Source: an uncultured Gemmatimonadales bacterium (GTDB taxonomy: Bacteria; Gemmatimonadota; Gemmatimonadetes; Gemmatimonadales; Gemmatimonadaceae). Taken from it: a stretch of DNA of 64,000 nt. Shown piece by piece: positions 19,717 to 29,571 of the stretch. The position numbers and the translations under genes were made by a program. Location of the stretch: contig CAWKNZ010000002.1 in NCBI GenBank assembly GCA_963851265.1, forward strand, positions 128,001 to 192,000, read 5' to 3'. The notes beneath the pieces are model-generated. The model did no database searches and had not been told where the DNA came from. It was given only the letters and a program-made list of their open reading frames with translations. How positions within the stretch are numbered: position 1 is the first letter of the stretch; each line of letters opens with the position of its first letter.

Positions 19717-20969
19717 CAGACGAACGCCCCGATGCCGGTGAGCGCGCGCCCGACGATCAGGCTGTTGATCTCGTTCGACCCCTCGTACGAGTAGATGGCC
19801 TCGGCGTCGGCGAACAGCCGCGCCGCGCCGTGCTCCAGGAGGATGCCGTTGCCGCCCATCAGCTCCCGCGCGAGCCCGACCACCTCGCGGCAGCGCGCCG
19901 CGCAGTACTGCTTCGCCAGCGCCGAGCGTTCGTCGCGCATCCCCTCGGCGTCCTGCAGGCGCGCGGCCTGGAGGGCCATGCCGAGAATCGCGGTCAGGTT
20001 GCCGACCATCTTGACGAGCATCACCTGCACCAGCTGGAACGACCCGATCGGCCTGCCGAACTGCGTGCGCTCCGCGGCGTAGCCTAACGCGGCCTCGAAC
20101 GCGCCCATCGCGCAGCCCACCCCCTGCCACGCCGTGCCGCAGCGCGCCATGCCGAGCACCTGCTGCGTCGCGGCGAAGCCGTCCGCCTTCTGCAGGCGGT
20201 CGCTCTCGGGCACGCGCAGGTCGCGGAGCGTGATGAGGCCGTTCTGCACCGTGCGCTGCGCGATCTTCCCGCGCATCGTCTCGACCTCGTAGCCCGCGCG
20301 GTGCGTACGGCCGTCGTCGTGTTTCGTGCGGACGATGAAGCCCTTGACCTTCTGCGAGTCCTCGTCGCGCGCCCAGACCACGACCACGTCGCCGAACGTC
20401 GCGTTGCCGATCCACTTCTTCTGCCCGTTCAGGACCCACGCGTCGCCCTCCCGCCGGCACGTGGTCGTGAGGCCGCGCGCGACGCCGCTCCCGACCTCGG
20501 GCTCGGTGAGGCCGAAGCCGCCGATCAGCTCCCAGCGCCGCAGCTTGGGCAGCCACTCCGCCTTCTGCTCGTCGCTCCCGTGCATCGCGATCGACCCCAT
20601 GCAGAGGCCCGCGTGCACGCCGTAGAACGTGGCCATCGACGGGTCCACGCGCGCGAGCTCGCCCGAGATGAGGCAGTCGCGCACCGTCGCGTTGGGCACG
20701 GCCGGGTCGTAGGCGTCGCGCAGCAGGTCGAGCGCGACGAAGTCGGGAACGATCTGGTGGTAGAACTCGGCGCGCTCCCAGTGGTCGTCGGCGATCGGGC
20801 GGACGCGCGTTTCCATGAACTCGCGCACGCGGAGCCGCATCGCGTTCTCGTCTGCCGTGAGCGTGGCGAACCAGCCGTACAGGTCGGCCGCCGCGTCGCG
20901 CGGCAGGGCGCGCGGCCCGGGGGTGCGCGCGGCCACCTGGCCGTCGGCGAGGGGCGGGGCAGTCGTCAT
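19716..20969 (-). CDS. Acyl-CoA dehydrogenase (glutaryl-CoA/ACX4-like)
   Basis: FGLTEPEVGS, LNGQKKWIGNA, RTQFGRPIG, IYSYEG. Confidence 0.93.
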   Translation of the reverse strand: MTTAPPLADGQVAARTPGPRALPRDAAADLYGWFATLTADENAMRLRVREFMETRVRPIADDHWERAEFYHQIVPDFVALDLLRDAYDPAVPNATVRDCLISGELARVDPSMATFYGVHAGLCMGSIAMHGSDEQKAEWLPKLRRWELIGGFGLTEPEVGSGVARGLTTTCRREGDAWVLNGQKKWIGNATFGDVVVVWARDEDSQKVKGFIVRTKHDDGRTHRAGYEVETMRGKIAQRTVQNGLITLRDLRVPESDRLQKADGFAATQQVLGMARCGTAWQGVGCAMGAFEAALGYAAERTQFGRPIGSFQLVQVMLVKMVGNLTAILGMALQAARLQDAEGMRDERSALAKQYCAARCREVVGLARELMGGNGILLEHGAARLFADAEAIYSYEGSNEINSLIVGRALTGIGAFV

Positions 20970-20991
20970 CACGGGCGTGGTGAATGAGAGA

Positions 20992-21783
20992 TCAGATGAG
21001 GTAACCGCCGTCCACCACGTACACCCCGCCCGTGCAGTACGCCCCAGCATCGGAGGCGAGAAAGAGGGCGAGCCCCGCCACGTCGTCCGCCCGCCCCACG
21101 CGCGGGAGTGCCTGCCGCGCGAGCGTGCGCTCGAGAATGCGCTCGTCGCCCCAGAGCGCCTCCGAGAACTTGGTCTGGATGAGCCCCGGGCAGATCACGT
21201 TCGCGCGCACGCCGGCGCCGCCCCACTCCTGCGCCATCACCTTCGTGAGCGAGATGAGCGCGGCCTTGCTCACCGAGTAGAGGCCGAGCCCGGGCTCGGG
21301 CGAGACGCCCCCGATGCTCGAGATGTTGACCACCGCGCCGTGCCCGCGCGCCTGCATGGACGGGTAGGCCGCGCGCGCGGCGGCGAGCGGGCCCTTCACG
21401 TTGACGGCCATGATCTTGTCGAACGCGGCGTCGTCGGCGTCGAGCACCGGGCCGAAGATCGGGTTCACCGCCGCGTTGTTCACGAGGATGTCGATCCCGC
21501 CCCAGTGGGCGAGGGCGCGCTCCACGAGCGCGGCGGCCTCGCCCGGGCGCCCCACGTTGGCGGCGATTCCGATCGCCTCGCCGCCGGCCGCGGCGATCGC
21601 GTGCGCGACCTCGTCGACCGCCTCCTGCTTGCGGCTGCTCACGACCACCCTGGCCCCCGCCTCGCCGAACGCGCGGGCCATCGCCTCGCCGATCCCCTTG
21701 CTCGCGCCGGTGACGACGGCGACGCGCCCGTCCAGCCGGAACCGCGGCGCGAGCGATCCGGTCTGCGCCGGCGGCGCCGTCAC
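20992..21783 (-). CDS. Short-chain dehydrogenase/reductase (DHRS4-like)
   Basis: TGASKGIG, NNAAVNP, YSVSK. Confidence 0.92.
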   Translation of the reverse strand: MTAPPAQTGSLAPRFRLDGRVAVVTGASKGIGEAMARAFGEAGARVVVSSRKQEAVDEVAHAIAAAGGEAIGIAANVGRPGEAAALVERALAHWGGIDILVNNAAVNPIFGPVLDADDAAFDKIMAVNVKGPLAAARAAYPSMQARGHGAVVNISSIGGVSPEPGLGLYSVSKAALISLTKVMAQEWGGAGVRANVICPGLIQTKFSEALWGDERILERTLARQALPRVGRADDVAGLALFLASDAGAYCTGGVYVVDGGYLI

Positions 21784-22415
21784 GCCAGCACCCCGGCCAG
21801 CGCGAAGCGCACCGCACCGTCGACGTAGCGCGCGCGGTCGAGCCGCCGGTCGAGGCGGTCGGCGATGATGGTCGACACGGTGCCGTGGAGCGCGGCCCAG
21901 AGCGCGGTGGTCACGAGCGGGACGTCGTCGGGCGAGGAAGTGCCTAACGCGGCGCGGCACTCCGCGACGAGCCCGCCCATCAGGTCGAGGTTGCGCCGCG
22001 CGCGGCGGAACAGCTCCTTCGGGTAGCGCGCCATCCGGTCGGAGTGGAACATGTACATGATCTCGTAGAACTCCGGGTTGGCGAGGCCGAAGGCGACGTA
22101 CGCGTGGCAGACCGCCTCGAGCCGCGCCGCCGCCGGCGCCCCCGCCCCCTCCTCGGCGAGTTCGACCATCCGCCGGTGCCACCGCGCGAAGCCCTCGTCC
22201 ATGAGCGCGTGCACCAGCGCGTCCTTGCTCGCGAAGTACAGGTAGATGCTGCTCACGCTGCAGCCCACCGCGCGCGACACGTCGCGCATGCTGAGGTCGC
22301 GGTAGCCCTCGCGCACCAGCAGCTGGCGCGCGGCGTCGAGGATCGCGGTGCGCAGATCCACCTCGCGCTCGCGGCGGGGTGGGGGCGGGGCGGGGGCGGG
22401 CAGGGCGGTCGACAT
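21780..22415 (-). CDS. TetR/AcrR family regulator
   Basis: HTH ILDAARQL...SIYLYFASKDAL; C-terminal WAALHG. Confidence 0.92.
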   Translation of the reverse strand: MSTALPAPAPPPPRREREVDLRTAILDAARQLLVREGYRDLSMRDVSRAVGCSVSSIYLYFASKDALVHALMDEGFARWHRRMVELAEEGAGAPAAARLEAVCHAYVAFGLANPEFYEIMYMFHSDRMARYPKELFRRARRNLDLMGGLVAECRAALGTSSPDDVPLVTTALWAALHGTVSTIIADRLDRRLDRARYVDGAVRFALAGVLA

Positions 22416-22504
22416 CGACGGCGGCGAACGGCGTTCGGGACGGGCAGGCGTGCGATAGCGTACGGGCCGGGGCGACGGGGTGTCAAGCTGCGTAGGATTC
22501 CGGC

Positions 22505-23011
22505 GTGCCAGCCCCCGCCACCGCGCCCGCCGCGGCTCTCTCGCCTGTCGCGCCGCCGCGCGTCTACGTGCTCGCGCTCCTCTTCACCGCGGACCGCGGT
22601 CGCGTGGTGCTCGTTCACAAGAGCCGCCCGGCTTGGCAGGCGGGGCGCGTGAACGCGCTCGGTGGCAAGCTCGATCCGGGCGAGTCGGCGACCGACGCCG
22701 CGCGTCGCGAAGTTCGCGAGGAGGCCGGCGTCGACGTCGCGGGCTGGGACGAGTTCCTCGTCTGGGAGGACCCGCAGTACCGCATGCACGCGTGCCGCGC
22801 GTTCGACGCCGCGGCCGAACGGGCGTACACGGCCGAAGACCAGGCCGTGTTCCTGGCCGACGCGGGCGCGCTACCGCCCAACGTGATCGACAACCTGCGA
22901 TGGCTCGTTCCACTCGCGCTCGACTTCGACGTCGCCACGCCGATCCGCGTGCGGAGCGCGAATCCGGCCGGCTCCGGACTGACGGAAGCTGTGACTATCA
23001 ACGCGATGTAG
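22505..23011 (+). CDS. NUDIX hydrolase
   Basis: Nudix box GGKLDPGESATDAARREVREEAG. Confidence 0.88.
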   Translation: MPAPATAPAAALSPVAPPRVYVLALLFTADRGRVVLVHKSRPAWQAGRVNALGGKLDPGESATDAARREVREEAGVDVAGWDEFLVWEDPQYRMHACRAFDAAAERAYTAEDQAVFLADAGALPPNVIDNLRWLVPLALDFDVATPIRVRSANPAGSGLTEAVTINAM

Positions 23012-23213
23012 CGGGGGCGTTACCTGATGCACGATCGTGGTAACACGTGCCGACAAACATTCGTACGGCGCGCAACTGCGTGCGATCCGAAGTCACAGAT
23101 GGGTCATCGGCGTTTGATGAAGTTTCATGACAGCCATATCGTCGCGTGCCCGACTGCAGGGGAAATGCCTCCTGCCGCCGCGCGCTCGTCATGTCCCTTC
23201 ATGGAGGTCGGTG

Positions 23214-24002
23214 ATGTTCCGCACTACCGTTCGTCCGTCGTCCGCTTCCGCGGCGCAGCGTTCGCGAGGCGTCGTACGCTCCCGCGCGGTCGCGTCCGCA
23301 CTCGTGGCCGCCACCGCGGCCCTGTACGCCGCGCCGGCATTCGCGCAGGACCCGCCGCCGGGCGCGATCCTCAATCTTGCGACGGCTAACCCCGGGCTCG
23401 TGCTCAACGGATACCAGCAGTTCACGACGAGCTTCGTTGCCACGGGCACGAGCACGACCGTGGCGTGGGCGTTCCGCGAGGTGCCCGCGTTCTTCGCGTT
23501 CGACGACGCGTCCGTAACCATGGCCGGCAGCACGAACAACCTGCTCACCGACCCCGGGTTTGAGCGCGCGACCGTCGGCGTGAACATTCCCGACGACGGC
23601 TGGTACCGCTTCATCCAGCCCGTCGACGTGAGCGCGATCGGGACCGTGTCGTCCACCACGTCGTCCTATGGGTGCCCGCCGAACCTGGCGCATAGCGGCA
23701 ACGTTTTCTGGTGCGACGGCTCGGTCGAGGGATACGACGGGCTCTACCAGCTCATCGCGACCACCGTCGGTCAGACCTACAACGTCAGCTTCTGGCTCGG
23801 GGACAACTCCGGCTCAGTGCTGACGGCGCCGACGATCAACGCACTCGTCTACGCCGGCCTCGACCTGCCCGGCGGCACGATCCCCGTCGGTCCGACTCCG
23901 CCCCCGGTGACCAGCACCCCCGAGCCGGCGACGATCGCGCTCGTCGGCGCGGGGCTCCTCGCCCTCACCGAAACCGCACGGCGCAAGCGTCAGCAGAGCT
24001 GA
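23214..24002 (+). CDS. PEP-CTERM sorting-domain surface protein
   Basis: Signal peptide AFA-Q; C-terminal TPEPATIALVGAGLLAL..RRKR; GGAGG RBS. Confidence 0.88.
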   Translation: MFRTTVRPSSASAAQRSRGVVRSRAVASALVAATAALYAAPAFAQDPPPGAILNLATANPGLVLNGYQQFTTSFVATGTSTTVAWAFREVPAFFAFDDASVTMAGSTNNLLTDPGFERATVGVNIPDDGWYRFIQPVDVSAIGTVSSTTSSYGCPPNLAHSGNVFWCDGSVEGYDGLYQLIATTVGQTYNVSFWLGDNSGSVLTAPTINALVYAGLDLPGGTIPVGPTPPPVTSTPEPATIALVGAGLLALTETARRKRQQS

Positions 24003-24052
24003 CCCCGGCCGCGGGCGCGCCCGCGCCCGGACCCGGGCCCGGGCCCGAACAC

Positions 24053-24098
24053 GCGAACGGGACGGACCTCGGCACTGGCCGGGGTCCGTCCCGTTCGC
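24053..24098 (+). terminator. Hairpin after the PEP-CTERM gene
   Basis: GCGAACGGGACGGACC...GGTCCGTCCCGTTCGC inverted repeat. Confidence 0.6.
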
Positions 24099-24215
24099 CT
24101 GTGTGGCTATCCCGCGCGGCGGCCGACGCGCCCCGTAGCCGACGTGCCCCGTAGCCGACGCGCCCGGCACGCGTCCCGCATCGGTCGGAAGGCGTTCACC
24201 CTCTACCGACCCGCT

Positions 24216-26339
24216 GTGTCCCTACGTTCGTCCGCACGCTGCCGCGTGCCCGCCGCGGTGCCCGTCGCCGTGCTTGCTGCCGCCGCGCTCTCCGGTTCCG
24301 CCGGTCGCCCGGCGTACGCGCAGACTACCCCTGCTACCACGGCGTCGACGGGTAGCACCGCCGGGAGCCCCGACCCGTTCGCCACCTTCCAGGCGTTCTC
24401 GACCAACCACATCGACTGGCCCGGGCCCAACCGCTTCCGCGGGGCGAGCGGCGCGCCCGGGCCCGACTACTGGCAGCAGCGCGCCGATTACACCATCGCC
24501 GCGACGCTCGACACCGCCAACGGCGGGACCGTGAGCGGACAGGTGACCATCCGCTACACGAACAACTCGCCCGACACGCTGCGGTTCGTCTGGCTACAAC
24601 TCGACCAGAATCTGTACCGGCCGGGGTCCAAGGGGTCGTCCATGTTCCCCGCCGACTCGCGCTGGGGCGTGCGCGGCTTTCAGGGTGGCTACGCGCTGAG
24701 CGAGGTGGCCGTCGACGGGCACGCGGTCGCGCCGCACACCGACGACACGATGACCCGCCTCGACCTGCCCGCGCCGATCGCACCGCGCGGCGGTCGCAGC
24801 ACGATCACGATGCGTTTCCGCTTCGCGGTCCCCGAGCACGGCAGCGACCGCATGGGGCGCGACGGGCGGCTGTACGAGATCGCGCAGTGGTACCCGCGCA
24901 TGGCGGTCTACGACGACGTCCGCGGCTGGAACACCGACCCGTACCTCGGTCAGGGCGAGTTCTACCTCGAGTACGGCGACATCGACTACGCCGTCACCGC
25001 CCCGGCAGGCTACGTGATCGCGGGGAGCGGCGTGCTGCAGAACCCGCAGGCCGTGCTCACCGCCGCCCAGCGCGAGCGCCTCGCCCACGCGCGCACGCTC
25101 ACGGCACAGCCGGGGCGCCCCGAGACGGTCGCGCAGGTCATCACCCAGGCCGAGGCGGACGCGGCGGGACGCGCGAGCGTGGCCGGAACCAGGACGTGGC
25201 GCTTTCGCGCGACCAACGTGCGCGACGTGGCGTGGGCCGGCGCGCCCGACTTCCGCTGGGACGCGACGAGCTGGAACGGCGTGACCTGTCAGGCTTACTA
25301 CGAGTTCCCCAAGGCCGGCCGCGCGTGGGAGAGCGGTGCGGAGCAGACCTGCTGGACCATCCGCACCTACAGCGGGCTCTGGTTCCCCTTCCCGTACCCG
25401 CAGGCGACCAGCGTGGCCGGGCCGGTAGGCGGAATGGAGTACCCGATGTTCGTCATGGTGCACTACGGCAGCGCCGACCCCGCGTCGATCTTCGGCACCG
25501 TCGACCACGAGCACGGCCACGAGTGGTTTCCGATGATCGTCGGCTCCAACGAGCGGCGGTACGCGTGGCAGGACGAGGGGTTCAACACGTACCAGAACAC
25601 CTTCAGTCTGGAGCGGCGCTTCCCGAGCGCGGTGAGTCCGCTCGTGAGCTACCTCGCCAACTGGCGCCAGGTGGTCGCGAACAACACGCAGTCGCCGCTG
25701 ATGACCGCACCCGACCACGTCGACGCCTCCGCGCTCGGCGCGATCGCGTACCGGAAGCCGGGGGCGGTGATGCTCGCGCTGCGCAACGCCGTGGTCGGCC
25801 CCGAGACGTTCGACCGGGCAATGCGCGAGTACGTGCGGCGGTGGGCGTTCAAGCACCCCACCCCCGGGGACTTTTTTCGCACGGTCGAGAACGTGTCGGG
25901 GACCGACCTGTCGTGGTACTGGCGGAGCTTCTGGTACACCACGGACGTGCTCGACATCGGGATCGAGAACGTGACCAACCGGACATCCGGCGGTCCGGGC
26001 GCCGCGGGCGCCGCGGGCGCCGCGGGCGAGACGATCGCGACGATCACGTTGCGCCGGTATTCGAGCATCCCGTTTCCGCCGATCCTGCGGCTCCGGCTCG
26101 CCGACGGCACCACGCGCGACGTGCGCGCGCCCGTCGACCTGTGGGCGCGGCCGGCGACGGGGGACCGCATCGAGCTGTCGGTGAGCGTGCCGTCGGCGGT
26201 GACCGGCGCGCGGCTCTGGCCGAACGGCAGTGTCCCGGATTTCAACGCGGCCAACGACACCTGGGGGAACGCGCCGGCGGCCGATCCGGTTGGCCCGGTG
26301 AGTGGCGGGGGGATGGCCGGGGCCGTGGCCGGCCGATAG
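24216..26339 (+). CDS. M1 family metallo-aminopeptidase, exported
   Basis: GGMEYP, HEHGHEWF...WQDEG; signal peptide AYA-Q; start uncertain. Confidence 0.92.
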   Translation: MSLRSSARCRVPAAVPVAVLAAAALSGSAGRPAYAQTTPATTASTGSTAGSPDPFATFQAFSTNHIDWPGPNRFRGASGAPGPDYWQQRADYTIAATLDTANGGTVSGQVTIRYTNNSPDTLRFVWLQLDQNLYRPGSKGSSMFPADSRWGVRGFQGGYALSEVAVDGHAVAPHTDDTMTRLDLPAPIAPRGGRSTITMRFRFAVPEHGSDRMGRDGRLYEIAQWYPRMAVYDDVRGWNTDPYLGQGEFYLEYGDIDYAVTAPAGYVIAGSGVLQNPQAVLTAAQRERLAHARTLTAQPGRPETVAQVITQAEADAAGRASVAGTRTWRFRATNVRDVAWAGAPDFRWDATSWNGVTCQAYYEFPKAGRAWESGAEQTCWTIRTYSGLWFPFPYPQATSVAGPVGGMEYPMFVMVHYGSADPASIFGTVDHEHGHEWFPMIVGSNERRYAWQDEGFNTYQNTFSLERRFPSAVSPLVSYLANWRQVVANNTQSPLMTAPDHVDASALGAIAYRKPGAVMLALRNAVVGPETFDRAMREYVRRWAFKHPTPGDFFRTVENVSGTDLSWYWRSFWYTTDVLDIGIENVTNRTSGGPGAAGAAGAAGETIATITLRRYSSIPFPPILRLRLADGTTRDVRAPVDLWARPATGDRIELSVSVPSAVTGARLWPNGSVPDFNAANDTWGNAPAADPVGPVSGGGMAGAVAGR

Positions 26340-26481
26340 ATGGCCCGCGCGACTCCGTACACGCCCGGACTGACCGCACGGCCAGTAGCGTGTAGATTCC
26401 CCTGTCCGTCCCACGGAAACGCCCGTTTAGGCGGGGTATGTTGATCGTTCGTTCACCCCTCACCTCCCTGGAGCCTTCGTC

Positions 26482-27297
26482 ATGCCCGAGTTCGGAAGCT
26501 GGGCGTCCCACTGGTGGATGCCGGTGCTGTTCATCGTCGTCGCCGGTCACCTCACCAACGTGTGTGTCACCCTCTTCCTGCACCGCGCGCAGACCCACCG
26601 GGGGGTGAAGTTCCACCCGCTGGCCGAGGTGCCGATGCGCGTGTGGCTGTGGATGTCGACCTCGATCAAGACCAAGGAGTGGGTGGCCTGCCACCGCAAG
26701 CACCACGCGTTCGCCGACCGCGAGGGCGACCCGCACTCGCCGCTCGTCGAGGGGCTGCGCAACATCATGCTCAAGGGCGCCTTCTACTACCGCCACGCGG
26801 TGCGTCAGCCGGGCGTGCTGGAGAAGTACGGCCGCGGCACGCCGAGCGACTGGCTGGAGCGGCACGTGCTGAACAAGCGCTCGCAGCTCGGCATCCTCAC
26901 GATGCTCGGCGTCGACCTGTGGCTCTTCGGCTGGTTCGTCGGCCCGCTCGTCTGGGGCGTCCAGATGATCTGGATCCCGTTCTGGGCGGCGGGCGTGATC
27001 AACGGCGTGGGCCACGCGCTCGGGTACCGCAACTACGACGTGAAGGACGAGAGCCGCAACATCTCGCCGATCGCGATCTGGATCGCCGGCGAGGAGCTGC
27101 ACAACAACCACCACGCCGACCCGCATTCGGCGCGCTTCAGCCACAAGTGGTTCGAGTTCGACATCGGATGGGTCTATATCCGCCTGCTGTCGCTGTTCGG
27201 GCTGGCGCAGGTCAAGTACGCGCGCGGCGTGGACGGCCACGACCGCGACGCCGGCGACGACCCGACGGCGCGCGTGATGCCCGGCATGGCCGCGTAA
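26482..27297 (+). CDS. desA: Delta-9 fatty acid desaturase (DesA-like)
   Basis: His boxes HRAQTH, HRKHH, HNNHH. Confidence 0.9.
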   Translation: MPEFGSWASHWWMPVLFIVVAGHLTNVCVTLFLHRAQTHRGVKFHPLAEVPMRVWLWMSTSIKTKEWVACHRKHHAFADREGDPHSPLVEGLRNIMLKGAFYYRHAVRQPGVLEKYGRGTPSDWLERHVLNKRSQLGILTMLGVDLWLFGWFVGPLVWGVQMIWIPFWAAGVINGVGHALGYRNYDVKDESRNISPIAIWIAGEELHNNHHADPHSARFSHKWFEFDIGWVYIRLLSLFGLAQVKYARGVDGHDRDAGDDPTARVMPGMAA

Positions 27298-27345
27298 CGC
27301 CGCGCCGCGGCGGCCGCAGCACCACCGCTGCACCGCGAGCCCCCC

Positions 27346-27378
27346 AAACGCCCCACGCCTCTCGGCGCGGGGCGTTTT
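27346..27378 (+). terminator. Rho-independent terminator
   Basis: AAACGCCCCACGCC-tctc-GGCGCGGGGCGTTTT. Confidence 0.75.
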
Positions 27379-27423
27379 GTTGCGTGATGGTTAGATTGTA
27401 GGCGCAACCCCGAACCCCGCCCC

Positions 27424-27711
27424 ATGCCCGACGTCGTGACCTGCTCCCGCTGCGGCCAGACCCGCCCCGGATTCGAGCGCCCCCCGGTGGGCGTCGCCGG
27501 CGCGGCCGGCGCGCGCATCGCGGCCGAGATCTGCCAGCAGTGCTGGGCCGACTGGCTCAAGCAGCAGACGATGCTCATCAACCACTACGGCCTCAACCTG
27601 ATGGACCCGCAGGCCCGCACCTTCCTCTCGCGCAACCGCGACGCCTACCTGTTCAAGGCCGGACGCGAGGAGGAGGTCGACACCTCGCGCCAGGGCACGG
27701 TCGCCTGGTAG
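27424..27711 (+). CDS. yggX: Fe(II)-trafficking / oxidative damage protection protein (YggX family)
   Basis: ICQQCWADWLKQQTMLINHYGLNLMDPQARTFL. Confidence 0.88.
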   Translation: MPDVVTCSRCGQTRPGFERPPVGVAGAAGARIAAEICQQCWADWLKQQTMLINHYGLNLMDPQARTFLSRNRDAYLFKAGREEEVDTSRQGTVAW

Positions 27712-27819
27712 ATGCGCGGCGGGTCCGGCCACCCCGCGGACGGTGCACGCCGTGAGATCCACGGCGTGCACTTCATGGCCTGAACGGTCGTCCGCTTCCG
27801 TAAGCCTTCGTACGCCCTC

Positions 27820-28563
27820 ATGAGCCCTGCGCTAGCCGCTTCGACCCCCGCCGCCCGCACGCGCACCGCCGCGCGCCGGGGCGGCGGCCGGGACAGCACC
27901 TATACGATCGACCTTGTCGTGCTCACCGTCGTCGACGGCGAGCTCGGCGTCGCGCTCACGCGCGCGGACGCGCACCCGACCGCCAAGGCCGGCGTGCGGC
28001 CGCGGGAGCGCTGGTCGCTGCCGTGGGAAGGCGGCGCGGCCGACGAGCCCCTGCAGGCGGCCGCCACGCGCGTGGCGGCCGACGTGCTCGGCGAGGCGCC
28101 CGGCTGGCTGGAACAGATCGGCGCCTTCGGCGACGGGCGGCGTCACCCCGCGCCGGCGCCGCTCTCGGTCGCGTACGTGGCGCTCGTGCCCGCCGCCGGC
28201 GCGCCCGAAGCCGAGAGCGGGGCGGAGTTCTTCGCCATGAGCGCGCTGCCGCCGCTCGCGCCGCGGCAGCGCGCGATGGTCGACGCCGCCGTCGCGCACG
28301 TGCGCAGCCGCGTCGGCCAGGCGCCGGTCGCGTTCCGCCTGCTGCCGCCGAGCTTCACGCTGAGTGAGCTCCAGGAGCGCTACGAACTCCTCCTCGGCCG
28401 CCAGCTGCACAAGGCCAGCTTCCGGCGCGCGCTCCAGGGCGCGCGCATCGTCGAGCCCACCGACGTGTGGCGCAGCGAGGGGCGGGGGCGGCCGGCGCAG
28501 CTGTTCCGGTACGCGTCGCGCCGCAAGAAGGTCGCCCCGCGGGGCGTGCGCTTCGACACCTGA
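27820..28563 (+). CDS. NrtR-type regulator (degenerate NUDIX + winged helix)
   Basis: LEQIGAFGD..RHP, LSVAYVAL, FTLSELQ..YE, ASFRR, GRPAQLFR. Confidence 0.88.
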   Translation: MSPALAASTPAARTRTAARRGGGRDSTYTIDLVVLTVVDGELGVALTRADAHPTAKAGVRPRERWSLPWEGGAADEPLQAAATRVAADVLGEAPGWLEQIGAFGDGRRHPAPAPLSVAYVALVPAAGAPEAESGAEFFAMSALPPLAPRQRAMVDAAVAHVRSRVGQAPVAFRLLPPSFTLSELQERYELLLGRQLHKASFRRALQGARIVEPTDVWRSEGRGRPAQLFRYASRRKKVAPRGVRFDT

Positions 28564-28580
28564 GCGCCGCGTAGTATCCG

Positions 28581-28610
28581 GACGCGGGTGGCCATGCGGC
28601 CACCCGCGTC
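28581..28610 (+). terminator. Perfect hairpin after the NrtR-type gene
   Basis: GACGCGGGTGGCC-atgc-GGCCACCCGCGTC. Confidence 0.65.
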
Positions 28611-28962
28611 GTGCATTGGCGACCTGAGGCCGCGACGTGAGTGCGGCGCCGTCACGTCGGAATTGCGGCGAGCACGTGATCTGTGCCGCGGGCGGGCCAC
28701 AGCTGGTGTGTACCCGAACCGGTTCGATGGTACGATTTCTTGTTCGGGAGTGTTAGATTATGGCCTCAACGTCCGATGCGTGGTTCACGTAATCGGACGC
28801 GAATGGCTCAATGCACGACCGCGACGCGTTGCTGCAGCGTGCGGGGAAGTTGGAAGCCGGCGTGCACGTCGCGGGGCATGGCGAGCGGGCACGACGTCAA
28901 CATCATCGGCAACGCCCCGCCCGTCTGGCCACGGGTGGGGACAGGACATCACTGGAGGGGTC

Positions 28963-29172
28963 ATGCGAAAGCCACGTCCGAACACGTACAACCCGGCGCA
29001 GGCGCTCCACCTCATCACCACCGACCGCGCGGGTTCCGCATTGAGCTGTCCGTCCTGTTCTGGTTCGATCGAGCGTGACCCGGGACTCGCGCCCCCCCCG
29101 CCCCGCGTGCACGTGACGTTGCGATGCACGACGTGCGGCCGCTTCGCCCGCTACATCGCCGGAGCCGCGTGA
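28963..29172 (+). CDS. Small zinc-ribbon protein
   Basis: GGAGGGG RBS; CPSC...CTTC in 69 aa. Confidence 0.6.
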   Translation: MRKPRPNTYNPAQALHLITTDRAGSALSCPSCSGSIERDPGLAPPPPRVHVTLRCTTCGRFARYIAGAA

Positions 29173-29335
29173 TATCGCCGTGACGTCGTGATTTCTGTGT
29201 GACCACGGAGCGTGGGGCGTGCACGGATTTTGCCGGCTCGCCCCATGCTCTTCCACACGCTCCGCCGTGGGCGGCGTGGATTCCGCTCCACCGTCACGCG
29301 CCCAGATTTCGCACCGGGCAAGAGGGACGTTTCAC

Positions 29336-29545
29336 ATGGCTCGTATGACCGGTACCGTGAAGTGGTTCAACGATGCGAAGGGTTTCGGCTTCATCGCACG
29401 CGAGGGCGGCCCCGACGTGTTCGTTCACTTCAGCGCCATCCAATCGTCCGGATTCAAGAGCCTGGCGGAGGGTGATCAGGTGGAGTTCGAGATCGTGCAG
29501 GGGCAGAAGGGCCCACAGGCCGCAAACGTCACGAAAGCCGGCTGA
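29336..29545 (+). CDS. Cold-shock protein (CspA family)
   Basis: [24 protein letters not shown]. Confidence 0.97.
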   Translation: MARMTGTVKWFNDAKGFGFIAREGGPDVFVHFSAIQSSGFKSLAEGDQVEFEIVQGQKGPQAANVTKAG

Positions 29546-29571
29546 TCTCCGCCGCGAACCTCGCGGAGCGA

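Noticed and set aside
23060..23085. Sigma-54 promoter before the PEP-CTERM gene
   Set aside because: The GG to GC spacing in CGGCGCGCAACTGC is 9 nt, not the required 10.
24131..24165. 16-bp direct repeat CCCCGTAGCCGACG(T/C)G, and similar short repeats near 8720-8755 and 25998-26027
   Set aside because: Only two or three adjacent copies with no spacers, cas genes or transposase; simple slippage duplications, not CRISPR or IS ends.
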